Origin: Syntrophales bacterium
GTDB taxonomy: Bacteria; Desulfobacterota; Syntrophia; Syntrophales; UBA2210
Direction of reading: 5' to 3'
Assembly (NCBI GenBank): GCA_963662405.2
Contig: CAXXKT010000001.1
Coordinates: 2,432,001-2,496,000 of the forward strand
Length of the DNA stretch: 64,000 nucleotides
Shown piece after piece: positions 39,209-48,290 of this stretch. Below the pieces are notes generated by a model. That model worked only from the letters and a program-made list of their open reading frames with translations, did no database searches and was not told where the DNA came from. The first letter of the stretch is position 1. Each line of letters opens with the position of its first letter. The position numbers and the translations under genes were made by a program.

Positions 39209-40102
39209 ATGGATAAAACCGAGATCGCACGGGAATGGTTTATAAGGGGATGCCGATACAACTGCCTTGAACCGGGTTCGGAACGGGCCATCGAGGCATA
39301 CCGGAACAGCATACAATTCGACGATACATTTTCAGATGCCTATGCCCACCTGGGATGTATCTGTTTCAAGAGAGGAAAGTGCGAGGAGGCGCTGGCATGT
39401 TTTGAAAAGATGATCGATCTGGATCCGGGAAACCCGCAGGCCTACAATAATCTCGCCTGCGTCTACGAAGAAATGAAGCGGATCGGCAGCGCCAAACAGA
39501 TGTATTACCGTGCCTTGGAGATCGATCCCGAAAACGTGTGCGCGATGATCAATATCGGCAGGATCCACGAACTGGAAGGGAACTATCATGGTGCCATGCA
39601 GCAATACCGGGAAGCAATGGAAACGGACCCCGGGGCGGCTGCCCCTCACTTCCGGCTGGCCGTGTTATTCGACCGGCACGATATGTTCGACGAGGCGATC
39701 CAGGAATATCGCCATGCCCTGAGCAATAATCCCGATTACAGCGATGCCCTCTTTCATCTGGGGAATCTGTATGTGCAGCTCGGCGAATATCCCGAGGCAG
39801 TTACTGTCTTTGAACGGGTGATACAATTGGAGTCCGGTAAGACGGAGACGCTCCATGATCAGGGGACTTTCCCCCAAGAAAGAGAGGGGTACGGCCAGGG
39901 CACGGCTGACTTCAAACAGGATTCCCTCCAAGAGGAAGTCCCTGCCGATCCGGCCCGTATGGGGGCCCTCGATTCTGATGATTCATCCTCGAACGGTTCC
40001 AAGAAAGAGGAGATCGCTCAGCGGCTTCACTTTATCCTTTCCCTCAATCCTCACAACAGCAGGGGACAAGCCCTCCTGGAGAAGCTGACGGAGGCGCACT
40101 GA
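39209..40102 (+). CDS. Tetratricopeptide repeat protein
   Basis: About six TPR units (AYNNLA, ALFHLG and similar). Confidence 0.9.
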   Translation: MDKTEIAREWFIRGCRYNCLEPGSERAIEAYRNSIQFDDTFSDAYAHLGCICFKRGKCEEALACFEKMIDLDPGNPQAYNNLACVYEEMKRIGSAKQMYYRALEIDPENVCAMINIGRIHELEGNYHGAMQQYREAMETDPGAAAPHFRLAVLFDRHDMFDEAIQEYRHALSNNPDYSDALFHLGNLYVQLGEYPEAVTVFERVIQLESGKTETLHDQGTFPQEREGYGQGTADFKQDSLQEEVPADPARMGALDSDDSSSNGSKKEEIAQRLHFILSLNPHNSRGQALLEKLTEAH

Positions 40103-40238
40103 TCGGGGCTGCACCCCGAGCGATTGTCCCGGTATATCCCCTTCTACCTTGCCAAAGGAGCCGTTTTGGTCTATGGTACCTCGTTTGCTTGGGATCTCTT
40201 TCTCAGGCATGATACCAAAGAAAGGTACACAGTGAATA

Positions 40239-41456
40239 ATGACCGTACAGAATCAACAGAACAGTATCCCCGATAAAGAAGGATTTTTCGGAAAATACGG
40301 CGGCAAGTTTATCCCCCCCGAACTGGAAAAACCCTTCGCCGAGATCACCGAGGCATATCATCGGATTGAAAGCGACGCCGCCTTTATCGCCGAGCTGCGC
40401 TATATCCGTGAACATTTTCAGGGCCGGCCCACGCCGGTCTACCACGCACGGTCGCTGTCCCTGAAAAACGGCGGGGCCCAGATCTATCTGAAGCGTGAAG
40501 ACCTGAATCATACCGGTGCCCACAAGCTGAACCACTGCATGGGGGAGGTACTCCTCGCGAAATATATGGGGAAAAAGCGTGTCATCGCCGAAACCGGCGC
40601 GGGACAGCACGGCGTGGCCCTGGCCACTGCCGCCGCCTATTTCGGCCTGGAATGCGAGATCCATATGGGAGAGGTCGACATCGTCAAACAGGCGCCGAAC
40701 GTCAGCCGAATGAAACTCCTGGGCGCGACAGTGGTGCCGGTCACCCAGGGTCTCAGAACCCTGAAGGAAGCGGTCGACTCGGCCTTCGATGCCTATCTCG
40801 CGGATTACGAGAACTCGATCTACTGCATCGGCTCCGTCGTGGGGCCTCATCCCTTCCCGCTCATGGTGCGTGATTTTCAGCGCGTGGTGGGAATCGAGGC
40901 CCGTGAGCAGTTTTACGCAATGACCGGGATCCTCCCCGATGTCGTCTGTGCCTGCGTCGGCGGCGGTTCCAACGCCATGGGAATCTTTGCACCCTTCCTC
41001 GCGGATCCCTGCGCCCTGATCGGCGTCGAACCGATGGGAATAGGGAATAAACTGGGCCAGCACGCGGCGACGATGACCTACGGGCGGGAGGGCATCATTC
41101 ACGGTTTCAAGTGCTACCTGCTGCAGAACGAGGATGGCACCCCGGCCCCGGTCTACTCCTGCGCCAGCGGGCTCGATTACCCGGGTGTGGGGCCCGAACA
41201 CTGCTATCTGAAGGACATGGGCCGGGTCGAATACGTCACCTGTTCGGATGACGAATGCCGAGACGCCTTCTTCAAGCTGTGCCGCCTCGAGGGGATTATC
41301 CCGGCCATCGAAAGCGCCCATGCCGTCGCGTATGCCTTGGTGAAGGCGCGCGAGATGGAGACCGGGACGATCCTGGTAAACCTGAGCGGACGTGGCGACA
41401 AGGACCTGGATTACGTCCTCGAATACTGGGGCACCGGCGGTGAAGACGAGGCCTAG
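40239..41456 (+). CDS. trpB: Tryptophan synthase beta subunit (stand-alone)
   Basis: [37 protein letters not shown] and NLSGRGDKD motifs. Confidence 0.96.
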   Translation: MTVQNQQNSIPDKEGFFGKYGGKFIPPELEKPFAEITEAYHRIESDAAFIAELRYIREHFQGRPTPVYHARSLSLKNGGAQIYLKREDLNHTGAHKLNHCMGEVLLAKYMGKKRVIAETGAGQHGVALATAAAYFGLECEIHMGEVDIVKQAPNVSRMKLLGATVVPVTQGLRTLKEAVDSAFDAYLADYENSIYCIGSVVGPHPFPLMVRDFQRVVGIEAREQFYAMTGILPDVVCACVGGGSNAMGIFAPFLADPCALIGVEPMGIGNKLGQHAATMTYGREGIIHGFKCYLLQNEDGTPAPVYSCASGLDYPGVGPEHCYLKDMGRVEYVTCSDDECRDAFFKLCRLEGIIPAIESAHAVAYALVKAREMETGTILVNLSGRGDKDLDYVLEYWGTGGEDEA

Positions 41457-41552
41457 AGGCCTTCAGCCTCCGGGGGTTTCTGATATCCGGTTCCGCGGGG
41501 TGGTCAATATATGGGGGAGGGCAGGGGGATGTCATTATCCGATCCGGGCGAA

Positions 41553-41612
41553 AATTAGGGACAGCGCCCATTTTTTCGAGAACTCCGCCGAAAATGGGCG
41601 CTGTCCCTAATT
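41553..41612. repeat. 22-bp perfect inverted repeat between convergent genes (terminator or REP-like)
   Basis: AATTAGGGACAGCGCCCATTTT-N16-AAAATGGGCGCTGTCCCTAATT. Confidence 0.8.
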
Positions 41613-41615
41613 AAA

Positions 41616-43028
41616 TTAGATTTTGTTGGAGCGGCGCCAGATCTTCATCTTCTCCGCCTCTTTGATCAGGTCGTCCCTGAAATCGGGGTGGGCGATACTG
41701 ATGATCTTTTCGGCCCGCATCCAGGTAGGACATGCGGTCAGTTTCACCGCGCCGTATTCCGTGACGATATAATCCACCATCTGACGCGGAATGGTGACCA
41801 CCGTTCCGAGGGGCATCTGCGGCTGTATCCGTGAAGACGTCACACCATTGGCGTCCGTGTGTGTCGACGCGAGGCAGATGAAGCTCTTTCCCTTCTTCGA
41901 CCACTGAGCGCCGAGGACGAAGTCCCACATCCCTCCGTTGCCGGACACCTGTTCCGTTCCACTCGTTTCCGCATTGACCTGCGAGAAGAGGTCGACCTGG
42001 ATGGCGTTGTTGATGCTCACCATGTCGTCGATCTGCCCGATGATCCGGGGATCGTTCGTGTAGTTCACCGGATAAGAAGCGAGGGCCGGGTTGTTGTTCA
42101 TGAAATCGTACATCCGCTTGCTCCCGATGGCGAAGGTGTACGCGCACTTGTGGCGGTCGATGCTCTTCATGGAACTGTTCATTTTCCCCGATTCAATCAT
42201 GTCCACGAAGGCATCGACGAACATCTCCGTGTGCCCCCCGAGGTTTTTCAGGTCCGAATCGGCAATCAGCTTTCCCACCATGTTCGGCATCCCGCCGATA
42301 CCGAGCTGAATGCAGCAGCCGTCATAGATGTATTCCATGACATGCCGGGCGATCTGTGTCTCCACCGCCGAGGGGTCTACCTGCGGCGCGTCATACAGCG
42401 CCTGATCCGCCGGTGCCTCAACGATATAGTCAAGCCGCGAGATGTGAACGGATTCCTCGTTCCCGCCGAGGCAGACAGGGGTATTGGGGTTTACCTCGAT
42501 AATGACGACATCGGCGGCGTCGATCTTGGCCGACGTCTCCGAGTTCTGGGGACCGAGATTGAAATGGCCGGTTTTGTCCATCGGGGCCACCTGGATCATT
42601 GTCACCCATTTTGCCGTCCCCTTCCAGTTCGGATCGTTGTAGTAGAGAGACCGATAGTTCTTGGTGAAGTTCTCATTGGGATCCTGGGTGATAAGCTCCC
42701 GATAGTGTGAAGGACCCCGATGATAGAGGATGGGGCAATAGGATGCCGGCTGCACGAAGGCGTGGAGCATCCGGGTCAGCTTGCTCCACTGCCAGTCGAT
42801 ATAATTGAAGCTTTCAGGGTGATTGATGACCTCCGGAACGGGCGGGACCGTGACGGCCGTATAGATACTGACATCCCGGAGTTCTTCCGCGCGTGCGGCG
42901 AGCGCCGCGTCGAGGACGACTGGTTTCCCGTTAAAAAATCCGTAATCCACGATGTCGCCGGATTCGACGACCTTGACCGCCGTATCGGCGGAGACCAGTT
43001 TTTCTTTATACTGTTGTGCGTAGTTCAT
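41616..43028 (-). CDS. Acetyl-CoA hydrolase/transferase family (butyryl-CoA:acetate CoA-transferase-like)
   Basis: IQLGIGGMP, HTEM, SGNGGMWDF, IVTEYG and IAHPDFR motifs. Confidence 0.92.
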   Translation of the reverse strand: MNYAQQYKEKLVSADTAVKVVESGDIVDYGFFNGKPVVLDAALAARAEELRDVSIYTAVTVPPVPEVINHPESFNYIDWQWSKLTRMLHAFVQPASYCPILYHRGPSHYRELITQDPNENFTKNYRSLYYNDPNWKGTAKWVTMIQVAPMDKTGHFNLGPQNSETSAKIDAADVVIIEVNPNTPVCLGGNEESVHISRLDYIVEAPADQALYDAPQVDPSAVETQIARHVMEYIYDGCCIQLGIGGMPNMVGKLIADSDLKNLGGHTEMFVDAFVDMIESGKMNSSMKSIDRHKCAYTFAIGSKRMYDFMNNNPALASYPVNYTNDPRIIGQIDDMVSINNAIQVDLFSQVNAETSGTEQVSGNGGMWDFVLGAQWSKKGKSFICLASTHTDANGVTSSRIQPQMPLGTVVTIPRQMVDYIVTEYGAVKLTACPTWMRAEKIISIAHPDFRDDLIKEAEKMKIWRRSNKI

Positions 43029-43315
43029 AGGACCCCCCATGTGAAATTTAGAGATTACTCCGTCCGTTTCCGATCAAGAAGCGATACGCATACGCTCCCT
43101 ACCCGAGCCGTACCCTCCCTGTCAAGCAAAGAGAGACCTCCGGCGCCGCGAAAAGGTACAGATTGTGTCGTAACAATCCAATTTGTTTTGGCATAAACTT
43201 TTTTCTCTCCCCTGCCTTTCAGGTTTGTTGCGTCCGCTAAAAATCAGCTAGTAGAGTAGGGGGGAATACGGTATCATCACCGGTATCTGAAATGATCAAT
43301 GGAGGTGACCATTGC

Positions 43316-43477
43316 ATGAGAGGAACCATAATCCTGATCTCGATCATCGTCATCTGGTATGTACTCCAGCGATTCATCCTGCCCCGGATGGGCGTATCTA
43401 CGTGACTCAAGCCATCCTGCCGGGCGGCGGACAAAAAGAGTCAAGATGACAACCCGGACGACAAAGACGCGGGATAA
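43316..43477 (+). CDS. Candidate small membrane selenoprotein (UGA at codon 30, UxxxxC)
   Basis: RBS GGAGGTGA; MRGTIILISIIVIWYVLQRFILPRMGVST-TGA-LKPSCRAADKKSQDDNPDDKDAG*; SECIS-like hairpin directly after the TGA. Confidence 0.6.
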
Positions 43478-43563
43478 GACGTGAAACCTAAGCCGTCGGT
43501 TCTCACCCCGATTCATCGGGCTGAGGACTTTGCCTCTAAACAAGGATTGCAAAGGAGGTCATC

Positions 43564-43875
43564 ATGCCCGACCACCACACACCCTTGGAGACCGAACGCC
43601 GGACCGTCGAGGCGATGATCGGGATCTTCTGCCGCGGCCACCACGGCACGAAGGAGGAACTCTGCCCGGAGTGTCGGGAACTCCTTGACTACGCCGCCGG
43701 GCGTCTGGAGAAGTGTCCCCTCAAGGACGACAAGCCGACGTGCTCGAAGTGCCCCGTGCACTGCTACAAACCGGCCATGCGGGAGAAGATCAGGGCCGTC
43801 ATGCGCTATGCCGGCCCCCGGATGGTATACCGTCACCCCGTCCTTGCGGGGCGGCACTACTTATCTGGAAAATGA
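43564..43875 (+). CDS. YgbA / nitrous oxide-stimulated promoter family protein
   Basis: MIGIFCRGHH, LCPEC, KPTCSKCPVHCYKP and MRYAGPRM motifs. Confidence 0.9.
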   Translation: MPDHHTPLETERRTVEAMIGIFCRGHHGTKEELCPECRELLDYAAGRLEKCPLKDDKPTCSKCPVHCYKPAMREKIRAVMRYAGPRMVYRHPVLAGRHYLSGK

Positions 43876-43886
43876 GAAGGAAAGAA

Positions 43887-44183
43887 CTACAAAACAGGTT
43901 TATCGATCCGCAGGAGCATGTGTCCTTCAAAGACGGTCAGTATCTCAACAAACTCTCCCTTAACACGGTACACAATGCGATACTTTTTGAAAACCAACTC
44001 CCGGATATCCGGATGAGAGATTTCGGGAACGATTCTCCCCGCCCGTGGTGTATCAGCCAGTAACTCCACATGTTGGATAAGCTGATCGACGAACCCCACC
44101 GCTCGTTCGGGACTGTCTTTCGAGATATAATCCCCGATCCCGGTCAGACGCTCAAGGGCTTCCTGGGTCCATATGATCTTCAT
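43887..44183 (-). CDS. RelE/ParE-family toxin
   Basis: MKIIWTQEALERL...GRIVPE...RELVFKKYRIVYR. Confidence 0.9.
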   Translation of the reverse strand: MKIIWTQEALERLTGIGDYISKDSPERAVGFVDQLIQHVELLADTPRAGRIVPEISHPDIRELVFKKYRIVYRVKGEFVEILTVFEGHMLLRIDKPVL

Positions 44184-44189
44184 CCGGAA

Positions 44190-44474
44190 CTATCTCTTGC
44201 TTCTGTTCGCTGTTAATGCCGCCCTGACTTCCTCGGTAGAGTAAGTTCGCCCGCTTTCAGCATCCGATATGCCTCTTGTGACGGAATCGAGAAAGGCCTT
44301 GCTGTAAACCAATTCATCGTAATCCTTCGGAGACAGCAGCACTCCGGCGGGTTTTCCGTTCTGTGTAATAACCAGGGGATGTTCCGTATCCTGGAGGCTT
44401 TTAAACCACTTGGAGATACCTTTCTTGAATTCAGCAATCGGAACGATACCGGTGGTGACCGAAATAGGCTTCAT
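44190..44474 (-). CDS. Phd/YefM-family antitoxin
   Basis: PIAEFK...PLVITQNGKPAGVLLS; directly upstream of the toxin. Confidence 0.92.
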   Translation of the reverse strand: MKPISVTTGIVPIAEFKKGISKWFKSLQDTEHPLVITQNGKPAGVLLSPKDYDELVYSKAFLDSVTRGISDAESGRTYSTEEVRAALTANRSKR

Positions 44475-44556
44475 GAAATGGCTCCTTATTGTGACTCTTT
44501 TAATGGTCAAAATATAGATCAATAAATGCCGTAAATCAAGTGTTAATAGCTTCCCG

Positions 44557-44643
44557 ATCAGGCAGGTCATGCGCTACGCCGGCCCCCGCATGCTCTACCG
44601 TCACCCCGTCCTTGCGGGGCGGTACTACCTGACGGGCCGGTAA
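44557..44643 (+). repeat. Second copy of the ygbA-family 3' end
   Basis: Encodes IRQVMRYAGPRMLYRHPVLAGRYYLTGR*, versus IRAVMRYAGPRMVYRHPVLAGRHYLSGK* at 43789-43875. Confidence 0.92.
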
Positions 44644-44917
44644 TCACGAGAATCAAACAGCCACCGTGCGTTTTGGGCCCGGCCCCGCGTACCGTCCGTA
44701 CGAACATGGGTCGATCCCATTGGAATAATCATCTCCGTTTCACAAGATAATTGTGCGCATTTGCGGAAACACCTTGATCTCTATACGATCTGTTGCTAAG
44801 CATACCCCTTCATGTAAACTACGTGAAAATGAATGGTCGGCGTGTTTGGATGGAAGACATAGTAACCCCTCAGGGTGAAACTGCGGGTGGATACGAACTC
44901 AGATATAGGAGAAGAAC

Positions 44918-45106
44918 ATGGTAGAAGGAATGGGTTCCATAGATGGAAGCGAAATTTCATTTGAAGAATTTCTGCTGATGACGGCAATACAGATCGACAC
45001 CCTCTCCCAGATCCTTATAGAAAAAGGCATCATTACAGAAGAGGAATTTCACGCCAAGTTTCAGGAAGTGCAAACGAGATATATAGGAGAGGGGAATAAC
45101 TCCTAG
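44918..45106 (+). CDS. Small acidic hypothetical protein
   Basis: RBS AGGAGA; ILIEKGIITEEEF (SHOCT-like) motif. Confidence 0.7.
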   Translation: MVEGMGSIDGSEISFEEFLLMTAIQIDTLSQILIEKGIITEEEFHAKFQEVQTRYIGEGNNS

Positions 45107-45376
45107 AAGCCCCGGCAGGAGGGACTCTGAGACGCAGGGATTCTGTGAATTGATATCGAGCGGAGACGAGCTATAACCCCTGTCAGGGTGGAATCTTTGT
45201 CTGACGGATCGCCATGATATTCGACCGATCGGAGCAGTCGTGCGCTCCGTCGGTCCTCGGATGCTCTTCCGTCACTCCCTCCTAGCACCCAGCCCCTTGC
45301 CCCTAGCCCATCCTTCCTTGACCTCAACGGACGATTTCGCTATAGAACGTACACTACTCATCAGGGGGGGGTACTC

Positions 45377-46123
45377 ATGATCACGGTGGATACCGAAAAA
45401 TGTATCGGATGCGGGCACTGCACCGCGGTGTGCGAGCAGCAGGCGGTCACCCTCCTCGGCGACTACGACCCTGCCGAGATCATGGCATACGACGACCCCC
45501 GGAAGTTTCAGATTGAACCGGATAAACTCCTCAACCTGGTCAAATTCAGGAGGAGCATCCGTCAATTCACGGACGAACCGGTCAGCGACAGCGATATCCG
45601 GAAGATCCTGGAGATGGGCAGATACACGCAGACCGGCGCGAACATGCAGCTCCTCCGGTATATCGTCCTCACCAGGGATACCCTCCGTGAAATCGCGCCC
45701 ATCGCTCTGAAGGCCCTGTCCGAACTCGACATCGCGACAGTCGACAAGAAGGCCATGCGCGTTCCCTATCAGTTCCTGGATTTTCAACAGATCTGGCAGC
45801 ACTGGTACCGGGTGTATCAGAAAACAGGGCGGGATCTCCTGTTCCACGACGCCCCCAACGCCCTTATGGTCGTCAGCCGCAAGTGCAACGAACTGGACGG
45901 CGTCTTCAATATCGGCCACATGGAGCTGATGGTCAACGCCCTGGGCCTCGGCGCTTGCATGATGGGTTTCGGAACCTTTGCCTTCGATATATCCCAGGAA
46001 CTGAGAGAAAGAGTCGGCATTCGAGATGACGAAGCCGTCATCATCATGATGGTCTTCGGGCACCCCAAGGTGAAATACCTCAGGACCGTTAACAGGAAGA
46101 AACCCAGATATCAGATAATTTGA
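45377..46123 (+). CDS. Nitroreductase with N-terminal 4Fe-4S motif
   Basis: CIGCGHCTAVC, RRSIRQF and LGLGAC motifs. Confidence 0.9.
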   Translation: MITVDTEKCIGCGHCTAVCEQQAVTLLGDYDPAEIMAYDDPRKFQIEPDKLLNLVKFRRSIRQFTDEPVSDSDIRKILEMGRYTQTGANMQLLRYIVLTRDTLREIAPIALKALSELDIATVDKKAMRVPYQFLDFQQIWQHWYRVYQKTGRDLLFHDAPNALMVVSRKCNELDGVFNIGHMELMVNALGLGACMMGFGTFAFDISQELRERVGIRDDEAVIIMMVFGHPKVKYLRTVNRKKPRYQII

Positions 46124-46187
46124 TCGTATACTCATTATGCCCAATTGTGAGAATATCTTTCCCGGCAGTCATGCTGTATCAGAGAAG

Positions 46188-46410
46188 TATGCACTGATTA
46201 CCTAAATATCAGTGCATATTAAAAAATCGTGCACTGATTTAGTGCATTGAATGTTTGTACAATTCCCAGAAAAATTCCATATCGCAATAAATGCTATATA
46301 TCGACACGAAATACATATATATCGATGACATAGCCATGAGAAAGGTACGTGTCCATAAAATGGTATTTAGGGGACACGTTATGTGAACATGTCCACGCCA
46401 TGGACACGTT
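46188..46410. repeat. Cluster of short inverted/direct repeats in an AT-rich intergenic region
   Basis: TATGCACTGAT-N9-ATCAGTGCATA, TGCACTGATTTAGTGCA, TATATATCGA x2, ACGTGTCC-N17-GGACACGT, TGTCCA-N5-TGGACA. Confidence 0.7.
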
Positions 46411-46450
46411 CTTTATCGTTCTCGATGATATTTGGCGATGAGCATCCAAT

Positions 46451-46528
46451 CAGGTGCGCTACACCGGTCCCCGCATGCTCTATCGCCACCCCGTCCTCGC
46501 GGGAAGACACAACCTGAAGGGGAAGTAA
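46451..46528 (+). repeat. Third, more diverged copy of the ygbA-family 3' end
   Basis: Encodes QVRYTGPRMLYRHPVLAGRHNLKGK*. Confidence 0.88.
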
Positions 46529-46635
46529 CCCTGCCAACGTGAAACGTCATTTTACTTCCTTGACTTTCTTTTGAAATCTGCTATTTATTCTGGTGCTTGC
46601 CAAGGGGGACGAAAAAATGAAAAGAGACACAACAC

Positions 46636-46670
46636 AACCCTGCTTCTCACCATGGAGGCGGGGTTTTTTG
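46636..46670 (+). terminator. Rho-independent terminator-like hairpin just upstream of the HNH gene
   Basis: AACCCTGCTTC...GGAGGCGGGTT followed by a T-run. Confidence 0.55.
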
Positions 46671-46707
46671 TTAGGTGAAACCTAAAAACAAGGAGGGTGG
46701 TCCAGCC

Positions 46708-48162
46708 ATGGCTGAAACGAGACAAATTTCAGAAAGTGAAAAGCAAGAAGTTCTGGAAAAACATGGGCGCAGATGCTTTGTTGATGCGGAGCCTATCCCG
46801 GAAGAAGATACTGTTGAATTCCACCATATCAAACCTTTTTCAGAGGGAGGCCCTACCAATATTGATAACATTGCACCAGTTTGTAGGCGGCATCATCAAT
46901 CAATAGGAACGATGAGTCTTCAAGAATACCGAGATAAACTTGAACTTGGGCGTTTTTTTGAGGGCGAACCCAAATATCTTGATGACGTGATTAAACATAA
47001 AGAAGGGATTTTGGGGGAAAAATTTCAATACGAGACAGATGATAAAAAAATTACATTCTACTTTGATGTGAAGCAAGAGTATCCGATACATAAATGTCCT
47101 ACAACTAACTGGGATTATCTTTATGCCACCCTGCCGATAAAATATCTGAAAAATGACAAAGAATTACAGCCACGAGCAATACGAGAAGTTTCAATGTGGA
47201 ACCTCTATCGCCACTTTCAACGAAACACTCAAATATCTCCCTCAATTTGTCGGATTGATTCTGATGGTGACATTCTTCTTTTTGATGGGCAGCACAAGGC
47301 AGCCGCACAGATCTGGGCAGGGCGAAAAACTATAGAATGCAAGGTTTACTTGTGTCCCGATGAAAAAATATTAAAAGAAACCAACCTTGAAGCACACGGG
47401 CAGTTTCGTCAAATGTCGTTCTATTCACATGAATTGATGAAGAAATATGCTGATATATTTGGGGAAGACTGGTCAGAATACATGCAAACCAAAGGTCCAA
47501 AATCTGAGAAGGAATTCTTGAATTTCTTAATGAATGCAAAAGGGAAAACAAAAGCACAAGCAAAAAACGAAATCTCAATGGCTATGTATAATGAAATAGT
47601 TGATGAACCCAGTAACAAATTATCAGGTTTTCTCTCAGAAAAAAGCAGGGGACGCAAGCAGCCTTTATCTTTCGCGCGTCTCAAAAAGACTTTTTTCCAG
47701 AGCATGTTAATCCCGCCCCCTGTTGAGGCCGAGTTTGAATCTGATGAAGATTTTAGAAAAGAAGAAAAAACTAATTTAATAAAACTAATGAACATTATTG
47801 CTGAAGAAGGCCTTCAAAATAAATGGGCACCCGAGCGAAACGATGCCACGCATAAAAAAACAGAAAAAATCTTTAGTGCAGGTGCAATAAGAGCTTGGAC
47901 AATTCTTTTAAGAGATGCCATTAATCAACATCTAAGACATTATTCAGATGATCAAAGGAGTACCTTTTTCTATCGTAATATTGCTGATGATGAATTTGAA
48001 TATTTCAAACAATTTGTTAAAAAAATCTTTTCTCATAAAATATGGGACGATCCTGATCCATCTGGTGAAATTGCAGCCCGACTTTCAAAAGATGATGCAA
48101 CAACGGCCAAGAGCCTTTTTGAAGAGCACAATCTCACCGCACAGTGGGTGTTAGGTTCGTAA
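46708..48162 (+). CDS. HNH endonuclease fused to a ParB/DndB-like (DGQH) domain
   Basis: CF...EFHHIKPFSEGGPTNIDNIAPVCRRHH; central LQPR...LLFDGQHK. Confidence 0.8.
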   Translation: MAETRQISESEKQEVLEKHGRRCFVDAEPIPEEDTVEFHHIKPFSEGGPTNIDNIAPVCRRHHQSIGTMSLQEYRDKLELGRFFEGEPKYLDDVIKHKEGILGEKFQYETDDKKITFYFDVKQEYPIHKCPTTNWDYLYATLPIKYLKNDKELQPRAIREVSMWNLYRHFQRNTQISPSICRIDSDGDILLFDGQHKAAAQIWAGRKTIECKVYLCPDEKILKETNLEAHGQFRQMSFYSHELMKKYADIFGEDWSEYMQTKGPKSEKEFLNFLMNAKGKTKAQAKNEISMAMYNEIVDEPSNKLSGFLSEKSRGRKQPLSFARLKKTFFQSMLIPPPVEAEFESDEDFRKEEKTNLIKLMNIIAEEGLQNKWAPERNDATHKKTEKIFSAGAIRAWTILLRDAINQHLRHYSDDQRSTFFYRNIADDEFEYFKQFVKKIFSHKIWDDPDPSGEIAARLSKDDATTAKSLFEEHNLTAQWVLGS

Positions 48163-48290
48163 AGCAACAAAATGCAGTTCATCGGTGGGACGGAGAAAGC
48201 TTGCTGCATCAGCGCTCGATTCACAAATTGATTTGAACCCGCTTCGCATTTCTGTAGTGGTTTCTATCAGATGAGAGGCTTGAAATAGCG

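Noticed and set aside
45107..45270. Second GGA-rich CsrB-like RNA
   Set aside because: About eight GGA are present but more dispersed, at least one lies inside a stem and none is in a clear hairpin loop; too weak to call
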